Of a DNA stretch of 64,000 bases, positions 25,909 to 38,939 are shown piece after piece (position 1 is the first letter of the stretch; the number at the start of each line of letters is the position of its first letter). The stretch comes from Octopus bimaculoides (taxonomy: Eukaryota). The translations under genes and the position numbers were made by a program. Below the pieces are notes generated by a model. That model saw only the letters and a program-made list of their open reading frames with translations, did not search any database and had not been told where the DNA came from. The stretch spans positions 93,586,556 to 93,650,555 of the forward strand of contig NC_068987.1 of assembly GCF_001194135.2 (NCBI RefSeq), written 5' to 3'.

Positions 25909-25957
<49 letters not shown>

Positions 25958-26899
25958 CATGGTGAATTTATGGAAAGAAGTGCCATAAAACTCATCAATT
26001 TAGTTANNNNNNNNNNNNNNNNNNNNNNNNNNNNNNNNNNNNNNNNNNNNNNNNNNNNNNNNNNNNNNNNNNNNNNNNNNNNNNNNNNNNNNNNNNNNNN
26101 NNNNNNNNNNNNNNNNNNNNNNNNNNNNNNNNNNNNNNNNNNNNNNNNNNNNNNNNNNNNNNNNNNNNNNNNNNNNNNNNNNNNNNNNNNNNNNNNNNNN
26201 NNNNNNNNNNNNNNNNNNNNNNNNNNNNNNNNNNNNNNNNNNNNNNNNNNNNNNNNNNNNNNNNNNNNNNNNNNNNNNNNNNNNNNNNNNNNNNNNNNNN
26301 NNNNNNNNNNNNNNNNNNNNNNNNNNNNNNNNNNNNNNNNNNNNNNNNNNNNNNNNNNNNNNNNNNNNNNNNNNNNNNNNNNNNNNNNNNNNNNNNNNNN
26401 NNNNNNNNNNNNNNNNNNNNNNNNNNNNNNNNNNNNNNNNNNNNNNNNNNNNNNNNNNNNNNNNNNNNNNNNNNNNNNNNNNNNNNNNNNNNNNNNNNNN
26501 NNNNNNNNNNNNNNNNNNNNNNNNNNNNNNATATATATATAAGAAAAGTGATCACAAAATGTGCGTATGCACATTGGCAGATTATAAAGTCAGTGTTTAT
26601 GAAAATACATTTCATCTTCTAAATTTTATTAAACCTTTCGACAATTTAATTTTTTATGAACTGTTCTTGTCCTGAAACTGAGAAGACAAAGCAATGGAAT
26701 CGTTTCAGTATTTGTGTTCGTTCTCGTTCAATGGCTGCCACATCTAGACATTGTTGTATTCTCATAATGTCTAAAGGTGTGATATCCGATGAACACAGAG
26801 GTTATTTTTCTGAATTTCTTGTTTGACAAAATCCAATGAAGGTTGGCCTTACATTATCATAGTACTGTGTGGATGCCTCATCTTGCGGGAGATATCTCC

Positions 26900-27480
26900 A
26901 CATCATCATAGTCCTCTTGAATGTTTGGCGTAACAGATTGTCGCAACACGTTAGAATAATGTAATTAGTAACACTACCGTTAAAAAACGATTTATCTAAT
27001 TAATCCCTTTGATGAGAAGCTGCACCCTATTGTAACTCCTGTTCAATTAACATGATCTCCTCACCCCAAGCAATTTTTGTTGGAAAATATTCATCTTCTA
27101 CACATCTTGACAAGTACCAGTCGTAAAACACTAATCTTCGTCGGATAATCTCCTTAGAGTGTATGATCTGTTCTTGGAATGTAACTTTTACAATGACAAC
27201 ACTTCAATATATGATGGATGCTTCATCTTGAAATTTCTATCTCACGATTCCCTTCCCGTACAGATTTTCATGAAATTTGGCAAAACTTTTTCAATATCAT
27301 TCATTGATTTGTAGACCTCACAGATGTAGGTAGTCTTTGGTAACCTTTTATGCGGACATTCTAAACGGTTTCATCTGCTTCAAAATTATCTTCGACTGCC
27401 TTTCTAAACTTGCAGTAGCACTTTGTTCAGAGCTTAGTCTGACACCATTCATTATTTCGAAGAAATTGAGTTTAAAAAGA
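26900..27480 (-). mobile_element. Decayed Tigger/pogo (CENP-B-like) transposase remnant
   Basis: ADET at 27367-27378 followed, after a frameshift, by KRLPKTTYI, matching the ADETGLxWKRMPxRTYI motif. Confidence 0.5.
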
Positions 27481-27772
27481 AATGGAAAAAACAAGTGAAT
27501 CATCAATTGTTAAACTGTGTATACATACTTTTGCACGCCTGCTATACACATTCTAACACATATCTGTTTTGCTCCCCTTGTCTCAGTGTTTGTTCTGCTA
27601 TCTGAAGGTTCGTCTTGACGTCGAAGGTGTCTCTTCAATCGGAGCCTCATTACAGCCAATAAATTCTCTTCAGTCGGTTCTAGTTTGCTCTCTGAAAACT
27701 TCATCAATTGCTGATTTAACATATATAAACATTTGCTCACACATTACATATTACATCATTCTTTCTATCACT

Positions 27773-27830
<58 letters not shown>

Positions 27831-28182
27831 NNNNNNNNNNNNNNNNNNNNNNNNNNNNNNNNNNNNNNNNNNNNNNNNNNNNNNNNNNNNNNNNNNNNNN
27901 NNNNNNNNNNNNNNNNNNNNNNNNNNNNNNNNNNNNNNNNNNNNNNNNNNNNNNNNNNNNNNNNNNNNNNNNNNNNNNNNNNNNNNNNNNNNNNNNNNNN
28001 NNNNNNNNNNNNNNNNNNNNNNNNNNNNNNNNNNNNNNNNNNNNNNNNNNNNNNNNNNNNNNNNNNNNNNNNNNNNNNNNNNNNNNNNNNNNNNNNNNNN
28101 NNNNNNNNNNNNNNNNNNNNNNNNNNNNNNNNNNNNNNNNNNNNNNNNNNNNNNNNNNNNNNNNNNNNNNNNNNNNNNNNNN

Positions 28183-28229
<47 letters not shown>

Positions 28230-29385
28230 ACCACACCCTCCTTGCCAGTGTCTTTCTAAATAAATACATTTAATATGTTTTTCTTTTCTCGCTCGACGTT
28301 ACTCGCTCAGTCTCATCATTTTGCCATCGTCGTCTGTTACTTATTTCCTCCGTATCTCTCGCTCTTTCTTCTTTCTAATTATATCTTAGACTTGCTATTC
28401 TATTATAATACCATTTATGTCTAGAACCCATTATGGCAATATTAAATCGGCTCCACCACGAGGCACGCACTTTATTTTCCCAACAGAAAGTTCGCTTTGA
28501 CATCGCATGGATGTGAACTCATAAGATATTTCTACAGACAGTCATCCCACATTACTTTACACCCGGTGTTTATGTATGTGATGTGTATGTGAATGTGTAT
28601 GTGTGTGTGTGTGTGTGCGCGCGCGCCTGTGAGTGTATATACACATACATACATGTACATATATATGTATGTCTATATACATAAAAAGGCATATATATAA
28701 TTATATATATATACACAAACACACACACATATGTATACAGACATACGTATATACATGTACATACATGCATACATATACATATGCACATAGAGGTTGCCTT
28801 ATAAGGAGAATAATTTTATACGCAAATAAGTAGAACAGAAACAAGCACATTTATTCAGGAAAGATTTAAATGTGTTCTTGTATACACACACGAAAGCACA
28901 ACACAAGCACCCCCACACTCACACACACAGATATACTCAGCCAAATGTACATATAAACATATATACACTCATTAATAGTATCTCACAACAAGCAAATCAG
29001 AATCTCTGCAAGTATCATACATGAAACGGAGAAGCACAAATCGTCGACATGATTGGGAGAAGTCATTGGTTTAATATTCAAAACATGTCAAAGACAGACA
29101 CATGTAATGAGAGAATGAAATATGGGAATCGGGACCTTCGAAAATATTGAACGTCACACACACACACACACATACACACATATGTATATATATACACACA
29201 CATATCTGTGCATATTTCATTCACTGTTATTTACTATATACCTCAATCACACTCTCTCTCTCTCTTATTTAATTACATACCACTTTAACTCTTTCAAATT
29301 CCTTCTCTCTCTCACTCCCTTTTTGTCTCTCTCTCTCCCTCCCTCCCTTCCTCCCTCTACCCCACCATATCTCTCNNNNNNNNNN

Positions 29386-29442
<57 letters not shown>

Positions 29443-29784
29443 TGTGTTTGTTAAACATATTTTCCTACATTTATTTCACAACGCTTGTCCCCCATTTTCT
29501 CCTACTCCTTCTACCCACTTCCCCCTTCTATTCCGTCTATTTTTCTCTCTGCGCCTTTCTCTCTATAACCATCTAAATTTCTCTCTCCCTCCTCCTCCTC
29601 ATCCCTCTCCCCCTTTCTTCCCCCCTCTCTCCCACTCCATCACTCTGTCCACCCAGATCCTCTTTGTATTCTAATCACTACTTCAAGTAATGCATTGCTC
29701 CTTAATTTAATCTCCTAACCTCACCCCACCCACCCCGCCTCGCCACCAACAACATTTGCACTTCAACGCTATTGCACCCTATAA

Positions 29785-29822
<38 letters not shown>

Positions 29823-30013
29823 TTTCTAGAATGCTCCTTTGCCTTGCATACCAACTTTCTCCACCCTGCTTTGCACATTTCACTGCATACCTTATGATCA
29901 TTCAACCGTGACAATTTAACAACAACAGTGATCAGATCGGGCTACAATATACACTCCCTTCACCAATTCTGGATTCTTCACTCGCATTCTTACATACTCA
30001 CTCTCGCTTTCTC

Positions 30014-30083
<70 letters not shown>

Positions 30084-31740
30084 CATCTCTCTGTCTCCCT
30101 GTTTCCTTATCTGTCTGTCTGTCTGTTTGTCTCTCCCCCTCTCTCTCGCTCTCTCTTAATCTATTCCCACCCCAACCCTTGCCCTGCTGTTGTCTATAAT
30201 CATTTCTCTTCCTTAACTACTCTTTCTCCATATTGTTTTCATACTTTAACACCAACACCACAAACAGCACCCGATCCAAAAGTGAACTTCTACGTGGTCT
30301 TCTAATCTGCTAAAAATAACACACAAATCTGCTTTCAATCAAACTCTATTGTTTTGAAAACCAGAGCCGTTAGATAATGCTTTATTTGTAATATTTCCTT
30401 CCACATTACAAATAAACGGGATGGTCACATTCGAAATGCTTTTGATCACAGGTCTGCTCCATCAGAGCTCTTCTAGTATTAGACACAACGACCACAAGTG
30501 AAACTAGCTTTATCTCCTCCACAAACACACACAAAACAACAAACACCATCACATCGGAGAAACCAACACAGGCAGGAATATTCCAAGAGATGTTACTGTC
30601 GACACAACGCAAACAACACAGCGAAATGGCAGAATTATTAGAATATCAGCGGGGTACCGAACTGTGTTCGTTGCTGCACTTTATGTCCTGAAATTGTGGG
30701 AGGTAGACTTCATCTGCCACTGGTTTAACACCTTGGTGTCACCACCTTAGTGCCGCCGTTTTGATACCTTTTAAGAGATTTCATTGCCTAGCAAACGTTC
30801 GGGCCTGACCTCATTGTTTTGAGGATAACTTCTCTCTTCTTTTTTCCTACAACTTCAGTGGGTCTACATAACTAATTTCACATGAGTCGTCTTTTCCTCT
30901 CTAACTAATTGGTAAAATATAATACTAGAAATATGAGCACCATAACAAGAAATGAGTCACGATGATACAATAAAGGAGTCTCTATGTGGTCAAACAATCT
31001 AATAATTAACAATTAAATCGTCGTCAATTTTCTCATTAACTTCTTTGAACGTGACTGTTAATTTATATGGCTTTAGAATGACATTGTCTGAAAATAAGAG
31101 ATAGCAAGCCCATGGTAAGAAATGTGTTTATAGATATTCCCTATCAGGGTTAACTCGAAGCTAAACAGCAAGCACAGCGAATTAGTGCTACTACAGTTGA
31201 TCCAAGAAACATCACAATCAACACCACAGCATCACAGCCATAAACAGTGCCAAAACGTCTATCACAAGCCCAACAATAAATGTTACTCTGACCTTTATAA
31301 GAAAAAAGTCCATCATAAACCCAACATTCAACAAAGCTCACCGTTTCCACTAAATGCTGCACCAGAATTTACATTCATTCATTGCAACACTGGAAGCCAA
31401 TATCATTTTTAATAAGTGAAACTACAAACATACGCCAGAAAAATTACGGCTGCCAATATCCATGTGACGAGTTATGGTCAATCTGAACAAAAGCAATGAT
31501 TATCAAAGTCCTGCTCAGTTTTTCAAACATTATCGCAACAATTGTCAAACAACAACGTCGAAATTGTGATGAGATTTGGTCGACAACTTAAGAGGGCTGA
31601 GCACGTAAGCGTCAATTGTATGTTCTTATGGTCTGGTTTTCGTATTGTTCCTTTGTTGTCACTCTCGCCCATGTTGTCGTGGTTGTCATCGTCATCATCA
31701 TCATTATCACCATCACCGTTATCATTATTATTATTATTAT

Positions 31741-31908
31741 TGAGTGATAGAGCAATGTATGCCATCAAAATGACTTCGCAGGTGGGACCCAGTTAGAATT
31801 TTCTTCAAGTCGAGTAGCCCATCGCGCTCAAACGGTCCCTGAATAAGGGTTGTTTAATGTTGTTGAACAAAACACGCATTTTTCTAGAGGTGAATTGTCC
31901 AAATCCAA
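31741..31908 (-). mobile_element. Family D retroposon, short internally deleted copy
   Basis: ATGCCATCAAAATGAC joins directly to TTCGCAGGTGGGACCC; about 130 bp are missing relative to the 33640-34199 copy. Confidence 0.8.
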
Positions 31909-32010
31909 AGTATCAGGCTTTAAAAAGAGTACTGGATTCGAAACGTTTGACTAAAATTCTTTAATGCGGTGCCCCAGCATAACCGCAGTCTAATGACAAG
32001 TAAACGATAA
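31909..32010 (+). mobile_element. SINE family A-related 3' tail fragment
   Basis: GACTAAAATTCTTTAATGCGGTGCCCCAGCATAACCGCAGTCTAATGAC. Confidence 0.65.
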
Positions 32011-32825
32011 AATACATGTGAATGCGCACGCATCTGAATCTTTTGTTCGGTTTGTTTACCAAAGAAATACTCGAATAAAGAATTTTATCCTCTGCCCATT
32101 CTAAGTCTATGAAATAAATCTCAGCCGTATGAAACATTAAAAATATATAATAAATAAGCGAGGCGTTTAGAAGCATTTGTTTATCCTATAAACATCTGGT
32201 GCCAGATGAAATTCGGGAGAGAGACTCAGGAAATTTCTTTCCCATAATAAAACCAGACCACAACAATGTATCGCCTCATGTAAGTTACACACAATAGATA
32301 AGTTTAGGGCTGAGGCTAATGTATGACTCATTTGGACTCGAAAATATATAAAGGCATCCAATTCTAAAGAAATATTAAGACATTACGGGACACAATACCC
32401 AACGGGATACATTTTGCGCAAAAGAGAAATATGGTCGCCGAAAAGAAGCATGACTGCGTGTGTCCTTGTGTAGATGTTACCTGTCGAAATAGTTGGATCT
32501 GGTCACCAAAATAATTTAGAAGGTAATTCAACAAAGGAGTCGGATAATAAAACATTATGAAGAACAATGGGAAACAGTGAAGATGACAATCATCAAGGAA
32601 TTCTTCGAAGAATTTTAACAGAGAGGACAAGTTGACGCACTGAAAGATTTTTTTTGTTTTTAATGTTTCTTGACAATGTTATTGCTAGACATAAATTGAA
32701 AAATATATTCTTTCGCTCGTGCAATTGATGTTAGATATAACAGGATTTCTAGTAGAAGGTACAGGAAAGGTGGAAGAGAAAATAGCGTTCGTAGAATAAC
32801 AATAAAGAAATTTTGATTACAAAAT

Positions 32826-32870
<45 letters not shown>

Positions 32871-33189
32871 GAGAGAGAGGGGGGGAGCAGTAAGATGTTT
32901 AAAGACCATTTTTGTTGTTTTTTCATTGGTTAGATTGAATATGAGGGACAATATACATTGTTTCTTCCACTCCGCCTACATTGGGAAATAACAAGTGAAG
33001 GAAACTATTTGAGAAGTAAATATTTTCTTTGAACTCTTCAAGTCTTGTAACTGAAATTGAATGTGTGAGAATCGCTCATGTGAATTTGCAGTTTAATGCG
33101 AATATTAACCACGTTCTACATGAAGAAACAAAGCTATTTTATGTTGGGTTTTGTTTTAAATTGTTAGAGTTTATTAATGTCTGGCTGAC

Positions 33190-33520
33190 GTACTGAAAAA
33201 AACATTAAAACTTTGACGATTACAACATTTTAAAATGTAGGACAACTTTTTCATCAGTGGTGAAGATAGGACAACAATTGTTAATGCTATTAGGCTCGCG
33301 ATCATTTGGTAGTGTATTTGACTGTCGGTGGAATGGTAACTTCTCTCCTTCAGCAAGACATTTCCTTCCATATATCCAGTAGCACAGTTAACAGTTAGTT
33401 GCATTTCGTGACAGAACCTGCAATAGACTGAAGTTTTGTTCAGGTCAAGGTCATGTACTATCACCCTAAAAACATTCACACTCCGGATAATCCCCACTTT
33501 AAGTGCCAATAGACTATATC
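33190..33520 (-). mobile_element. Decayed mariner transposase N-terminal half
   Basis: VGIIRSVNVFRVIVHDLDLNK (HTH-linker-like) and, in another frame, IFTTDEKVVLHF resembling IxTxDEKWxxY. Confidence 0.45.
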
Positions 33521-33639
33521 AGTTTATATTCAACGCTGGATAGCAAATGAAATTTGTCTGCTTTAGGGACTAAAGTATACCGTAAATATTTTATTAGAGA
33601 CTCAAAGTTCTGGAATCGTTAGAATGAAAATCGGCAGCT

Positions 33640-34199
33640 TCTAGCAACAACAACTGCCCTGATGCAGTACCAGGCAGTGGCTCTCATGGCTTCTGATTTT
33701 AACTGATTGGAAGTGTTATCATGAACGTTGTTTTGTCTTGGTATAAAAGACGGGCTTCAGCAAATACTCTGTTCAATACCACTGATTTGCTTTTGAGTTG
33801 CTTCACCTTAACCAGCTGAGCAATGTCCTTTACTGGCTGACGATATGTGCATCTCTGATCACGATCAGAAGTGATGGGGGGGGGGGACAACATAACCATG
33901 GGTTGAGAGAAATTCTTTGGGGTTTGGATAATTCCCCTTTGTTCAACATCTTTAAACAACCCTTGTTCAGGGACCATTTGAGCGGAATGGGTTATTAGAC
34001 CTGAAGAAAATTTTAACTGAGCCCCACCTCCAAGGTCATGTGCTGTTTATCTTGATATGAGATCACCATGTCGCGTACATATAGTTGTGATGCATGTGCC
34101 TAGTGTACCCATACCAGACGGGTAGTCCTGATGGGTGTATTGGGGTTTATATATTTATACCCCAGTGTCACTTTGATGGCATGTACTGTTCTCTCATGC
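33640..34199 (+). mobile_element. Family D retroposon (non-coding, (AAT)n-tailed); longest copy in the window
   Basis: Strongly similar to 21864-22300, 31741-31908 (-) and 55049-55592 (-). The 31.7 and 55.0 kb copies share its 3' end TGTCACTTTGATGGCATG...CTCTC followed by (AAT)n; 5' ends vary. Confidence 0.85.
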
Positions 34200-34226
34200 A
34201 ATAATAATAATAATAATAATAATAAT

Positions 34227-34434
34227 CCTTTTTATCATAGGTTCAAGCCCTGGAATTAGGGAGGGAATAGTCGATTTTATTGAACCGAGTGCGTAACTGG
34301 TACTTAATTTATCGAAACCGAAATGATGAAAAGCAAAGTTAACATCAGCAGAATTTGAACTCAGGACGTAATGACGAACAAAATACCACTATGCATTTTG
34401 CTTGGCATGCTAACGATTCTTCCAGCTCGCCGCC
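34227..34434 (-). mobile_element. SINE family B, full length
   Basis: Reverse-complement homology to 46185-46397; (AAT)n at 34200-34226 and a degenerate AAT/GAT array at 34436-34530. Confidence 0.85.
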
Positions 34435-34693
34435 TTAATGACGATGATAATAATGACGATGATAATGATGATGATGCTAATGATGATAATAATAATGATG
34501 ATGATGATAATAACAATGATAACAATAATCAAGGGAAACAATATTATGACCCCTCGGCCTTATAGTAATAATATAATTATAGTAATAATTGTGAAACTAT
34601 AGTAGTGAATTAGTAAATAATAAGAAGAATAATAGGAGTAAGAGTGAAATTATAATAGTGAACAATAATGAGCCAGAATGATTTAACAAGCGG

Positions 34694-34764
34694 CGTTGAT
34701 TTACTCGACTAACGGCGGTGCTTCAGCATGGCCGCAGTCAAATGACTGAAACAAATAAAAGAGA

Positions 34765-34765
<1 letters not shown>
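34694..34765 (+). mobile_element. SINE family A 3' tail fragment
   Basis: CGACTAACGGCGGTGCTTCAGCATGGCCGCAGTCAAATGACTGAAACAAATAAAAGAG. Confidence 0.8.
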
Positions 34766-34801
<36 letters not shown>

Positions 34802-35598
34802 NNNNNNNNNNNNNNNNNNNNNNNNNNNNNNNNNNNNNNNNNNNNNNNNNNNNNNNNNNNNNNNNNNNNNNNNNNNNNNNNNNNNNNNNNNNNNNNNNNN
34901 NNNNNNNNNNNNNNNNNNNNNNNNNNNNNNNNNNNNNNNNNNNNNNNNNNNNNNNNNNNNNNNNNNNNNNNNNNNNNNNNNNNNNNNNNNNNNNNNNNNN
35001 NNNNNNNNNNNNNNNNNNNNNNNNNNNNNNNNNNNNNNNNNNNNNNNNNNNNNNNNNNNNNNNNNNNNNNNNNNNNNNNNNNNNNNNNNNNNNNNNNNNN
35101 NNNNNNNNNNNNNNNNNNNNNNNNNNNNNNNNNNNNNNNNNNNNNNNNNNNNNNNNNNNNNNNNNNNNNNNNNNNNNNNNNNNNNNNNNNNNNNNNNNNN
35201 NNNNNNNNNNNNNNNNNNNNNNNNNNNNNNNNNNNNNNNNNNNNNNNNNNNNNNNNNNNNNNNNNNNNNNNNNNNNNNNNNNNNNNNNNNNNNNNNNNNN
35301 NNNNNNNNNNNNNNNNNNNNNNNNNNNNNNNNNNNNNNNNNNNNNNNNNNNNNNNNNNNNNNNNNNNNNNNNNNNNNNNNNNNNNNNNNNNNNNNNNNNN
35401 NNNNNNNNNNNNNNNNNNNNNNNNNNNNNNNNNNNNNNNNNNNNNNNNNNNNNNNNNNNNNNNNNNNNNNNNNNNNNNNNNNNNNNNNNNNNNNNNNNNN
35501 NNNNNNNNNNNNNNNNNNNNNNNNNNNNNNNNNNNNNNNNNNNNNNNNNNNNNNNNNNNNNNNNNNNNNNNNNNNNNNNNNNNNNNNNNNNNNNNNNN

Positions 35599-35664
<66 letters not shown>

Positions 35665-36738
35665 CTTCAGATATATGTAAATATGAGCCGATATGAAATA
35701 AATTATCTATCTCTGTGTGTGAATATATATAACCACCCACACACGTACACTTATGCACAAACAGCGCACGCGCAGACGTGAATGGTTTTGCGGTTTGTCT
35801 CTGTATATATATATATNNNNNNNNNNNNNNNNNNNNNNNNNNNNNNNNNNNNNNNNNNNNNNNNNNNNNNNNNNNNNNNNNNNNNNNNNNNNNNNNNNNN
35901 NNNNNNNNNNNNNNNNNNNNNNNNNNNNNNNNNNNNNNNNNNNNNNNNNNNNNNNNNNNNNNNNNNNNNNNNNNNNNNNNNNNNNNNNNNNNNNNNNNNN
36001 NNNNNNNNNNNNNNNNNNNNNNNNNNNNNNNNNNNNNNNNNNNNNNNNNNNNNNNNNNNNNNNNNNNNNNNNNNNNNNNNNNNNNNNNNNNNNNNNNNNN
36101 NNNNNNNNNNNNNNNNNNNNNNNNNNNNNNNNNNNNNNNNNNNNNNNNNNNNNNNNNNNNNNNNNNNNNNNNNNNNNNNNNNNNNNNNNNNNNNNNNNNN
36201 NNNNNNNNNNNNNNNNNNNNNNNNNNNNNNNNNNNNNNNNNNNNNNNNNNNNNNNNNNNNNNNNNNNNNNNNNNNNNNNNNNNNNNNNNNNNNNNNNNNN
36301 NNNNNNNNNNNNNNNNNNNNNNNNNNNNNNNNNNNNNNNNNNNNNNNNNNNNNNNNNNNNNNNNNNNNNNNNNNNNNNNNNNNNNNNNNNNNNNNNNNNN
36401 NNNNNNNNNNNNNNNNNNNNNNNNNNNNNNNNNNNNNNNNNNNNNNNNNNNNNNNNNNNNNNNNNNNNNNNNNNNNNNNNNNNNNNNNNNNNNNNNNNNN
36501 NNNNNNNNNNNNNNNNNNNNNNNNNNNNNNNNNNNNNNNNNNNNNNNNNNNNNNNNNNNNNNNNNNNNNNNNNNNNNNNNNNNNNNNNNNNNNNNNNNNN
36601 NNNNNNNNNNNNNNNNNNNNNNNNNNNNNNNNNNNNNNNNNNNNNNNNNNNNNNNNNNNNNNNNNNNNNNNNNNNNNNNNNNNNNNNNNNNNNNNNNNNN
36701 NNNNNNNNNNNNNNNNNNNNNNNNNNNNNNNNNNNNNN

Positions 36739-36777
<39 letters not shown>

Positions 36778-38448
36778 TATTCTTGTAAGGAGAAACCTGT
36801 ATATTCACGTTTTAAATATATTCATTGATCAAGTATTTCGTGTAGTATATGCGTGGTTCCAAGCTCCATTCCTTTCTGCAGCACCTTAAGCCTGCGTCTT
36901 TTGCCTCTTGAGAAGCATGAATTATGGTGTTTGTATATATGCATACATATGTTATTGTTCATTCATTTAATATTATCTAAAACAGTTTGGTTCGACTCCA
37001 TGCGGCTTCAAGCTAGGCACACTTCTAACAGGAACCCCGCTCGTTCAGGCTCAGATTACCGAATGAAGAAACACTGGAAGTTCGAGATAGTTATTAGAAA
37101 ATGGGCTGTTATTCGTCAAGGCGGGTCACATGCTAGAAATGATATCGGTATTTCAGCGACACCAGATGCATTAGAAAGGAGAATTTCTTTTACAATAAAA
37201 AGTTGGGAAAATTTTATAACACCGATTATGGAATTTGAAGCTTGCGCCTAATTTAAAAGTTGTATCCAAGATAATCTCTTCGAGAAAGCGCCCTCACAAC
37301 ATTGACATTTTAAATGAAGAAGCGTACACAACAGCGATCTGTCAGGACGCATTTCAGATCTCACAGTTAAAGCGTATCACTTATTTACTCAGAACATGAT
37401 GATTTAACTAATATTCGATACGAAGGAATCTACACGTGATCGGTCGACCCGCTAGAAAGAGCAGCCAAACCTTCCTGAAATCACAATCCCATCGTCTTAA
37501 AAGCACACTCTTGTTAACGTGTTTCTGAGTTTCTGCGGAAAGGAGACGGGTGTGATTGGAACACGTTTTATCCTAAGTTTTCTCAATTCAGGCCTGATGT
37601 GGGACTTCACTACATCAATACTTTCTTTCTTCCAATCGGATGGATTAAGATGGCAGTTATTCAGCATTTACATCCGTTTTCATCAAATAGCCACCCGAAA
37701 TTAAACATTTAATCCACCTCATCGACTACATCTTAGTCTACACAGAGATTTCATGGAAGTGATCACATCAATTCTCTTAAATTTACTAAGGTAAAGAATC
37801 TTTGAGAATTTGGTGTCCTGCCAACGGAGAGTAGGGAGCAACAATGGGAGAATAAAAAGGTTCGCTTCCTTGATACTTTATCAAATATTTTTCTAAATGT
37901 TCTTCATCTTCAAAGTGAAAAAGTTAATGATGCTGAGTGAAGAGGAAGAGTAAAACATAGAGGGAACAGAATTAACTAAAGACACAATATTCAATAGAGG
38001 GAGGGACAGAGAAAGAGAGAAAGAGAGAAAGAGGGAAGAGAGAGGGCAGAGATAGGTGGAGGAAGAGAGATGAAGAGAGAAATGGAGAAAGACAGAGAGG
38101 GAAGAGTTAGAGAGACTATGTCTGAGGGAAAAGATATAATGCATGCGAAAGTACAACATTGAGTTGGCCGAGAAAGACGAGACATTGAGAGGTAAAGAAA
38201 GAAAAAGTGAATAAAATAAACAATTTAACCAAGTAGAAAAAAAATAGAACAAAATTAAGGAGAGAAAAAGATAACAGGAAAGGGAAAGAGAGAGAGACAG
38301 ACAGACAGACAGAATGTATGTGTTGCAGGTGACAATGAAACAAAGAAAATGAAAAACAACTAAAATGATGTAAATGGAAAACAAGATATTAACAGCAAAA
38401 ACAATGAACCAAAATATAGAGACCTCGGCGAGACAGAAACGAAATTAT

Positions 38449-38486
<38 letters not shown>

Positions 38487-38939
38487 ATACAGATATATGT
38501 ATATATATAGAGAGAGGGGGATAGATAGACTGACAGGTGCAGATATGATGGGAAGAGCAATGTTTAGGATAACCTATAACACCAGAATTTACCAATATTA
38601 CACAGATATTGCTAATATTGCACAAGCATTTGGTTTTCCAACAAATTCATTCGTTAATTTCCATTTATTTTAATCCTTATTTTTCATCGGTAATTTTAAC
38701 AAAGGAGTTAAGCAAATATTCTCTATTATTGTCCACGACTTCTTGCCAACGTTCCATTAAATTGTGAATGCCTTGATGGTAGAAATCAGGTTTTGATCAG
38801 AAAATTTCATCGAGCTACGTCTTCCGCTCTGCGTAGTTGCTGAAGGAAACAGAGAGAGAGAGACTGCTAGTAAGCGACCGAAAATTGTCTGTGTGCGTGG
38901 GGGTGGGGCATGTGTGTGTGTGTACGTGCGTGCGCATGT

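Noticed and set aside
34709-36889. Long ORFs (up to 699 aa) in the track, also at 1.5-2.3, 16.4-17.2, 25.9-26.6, 48.9-50.4 and 60.1-60.9 kb
   Set aside because: They consist of X from N-gaps plus YI/ER/SL microsatellite translation; not genes.
37060-37700. APE-like (ARNDIGI, +) and RT-like (PSDWKK, -) snippets; ORF 36853-37251
   Set aside because: Opposite strands, only a few residues each, and overlap with family F; cannot support a call.
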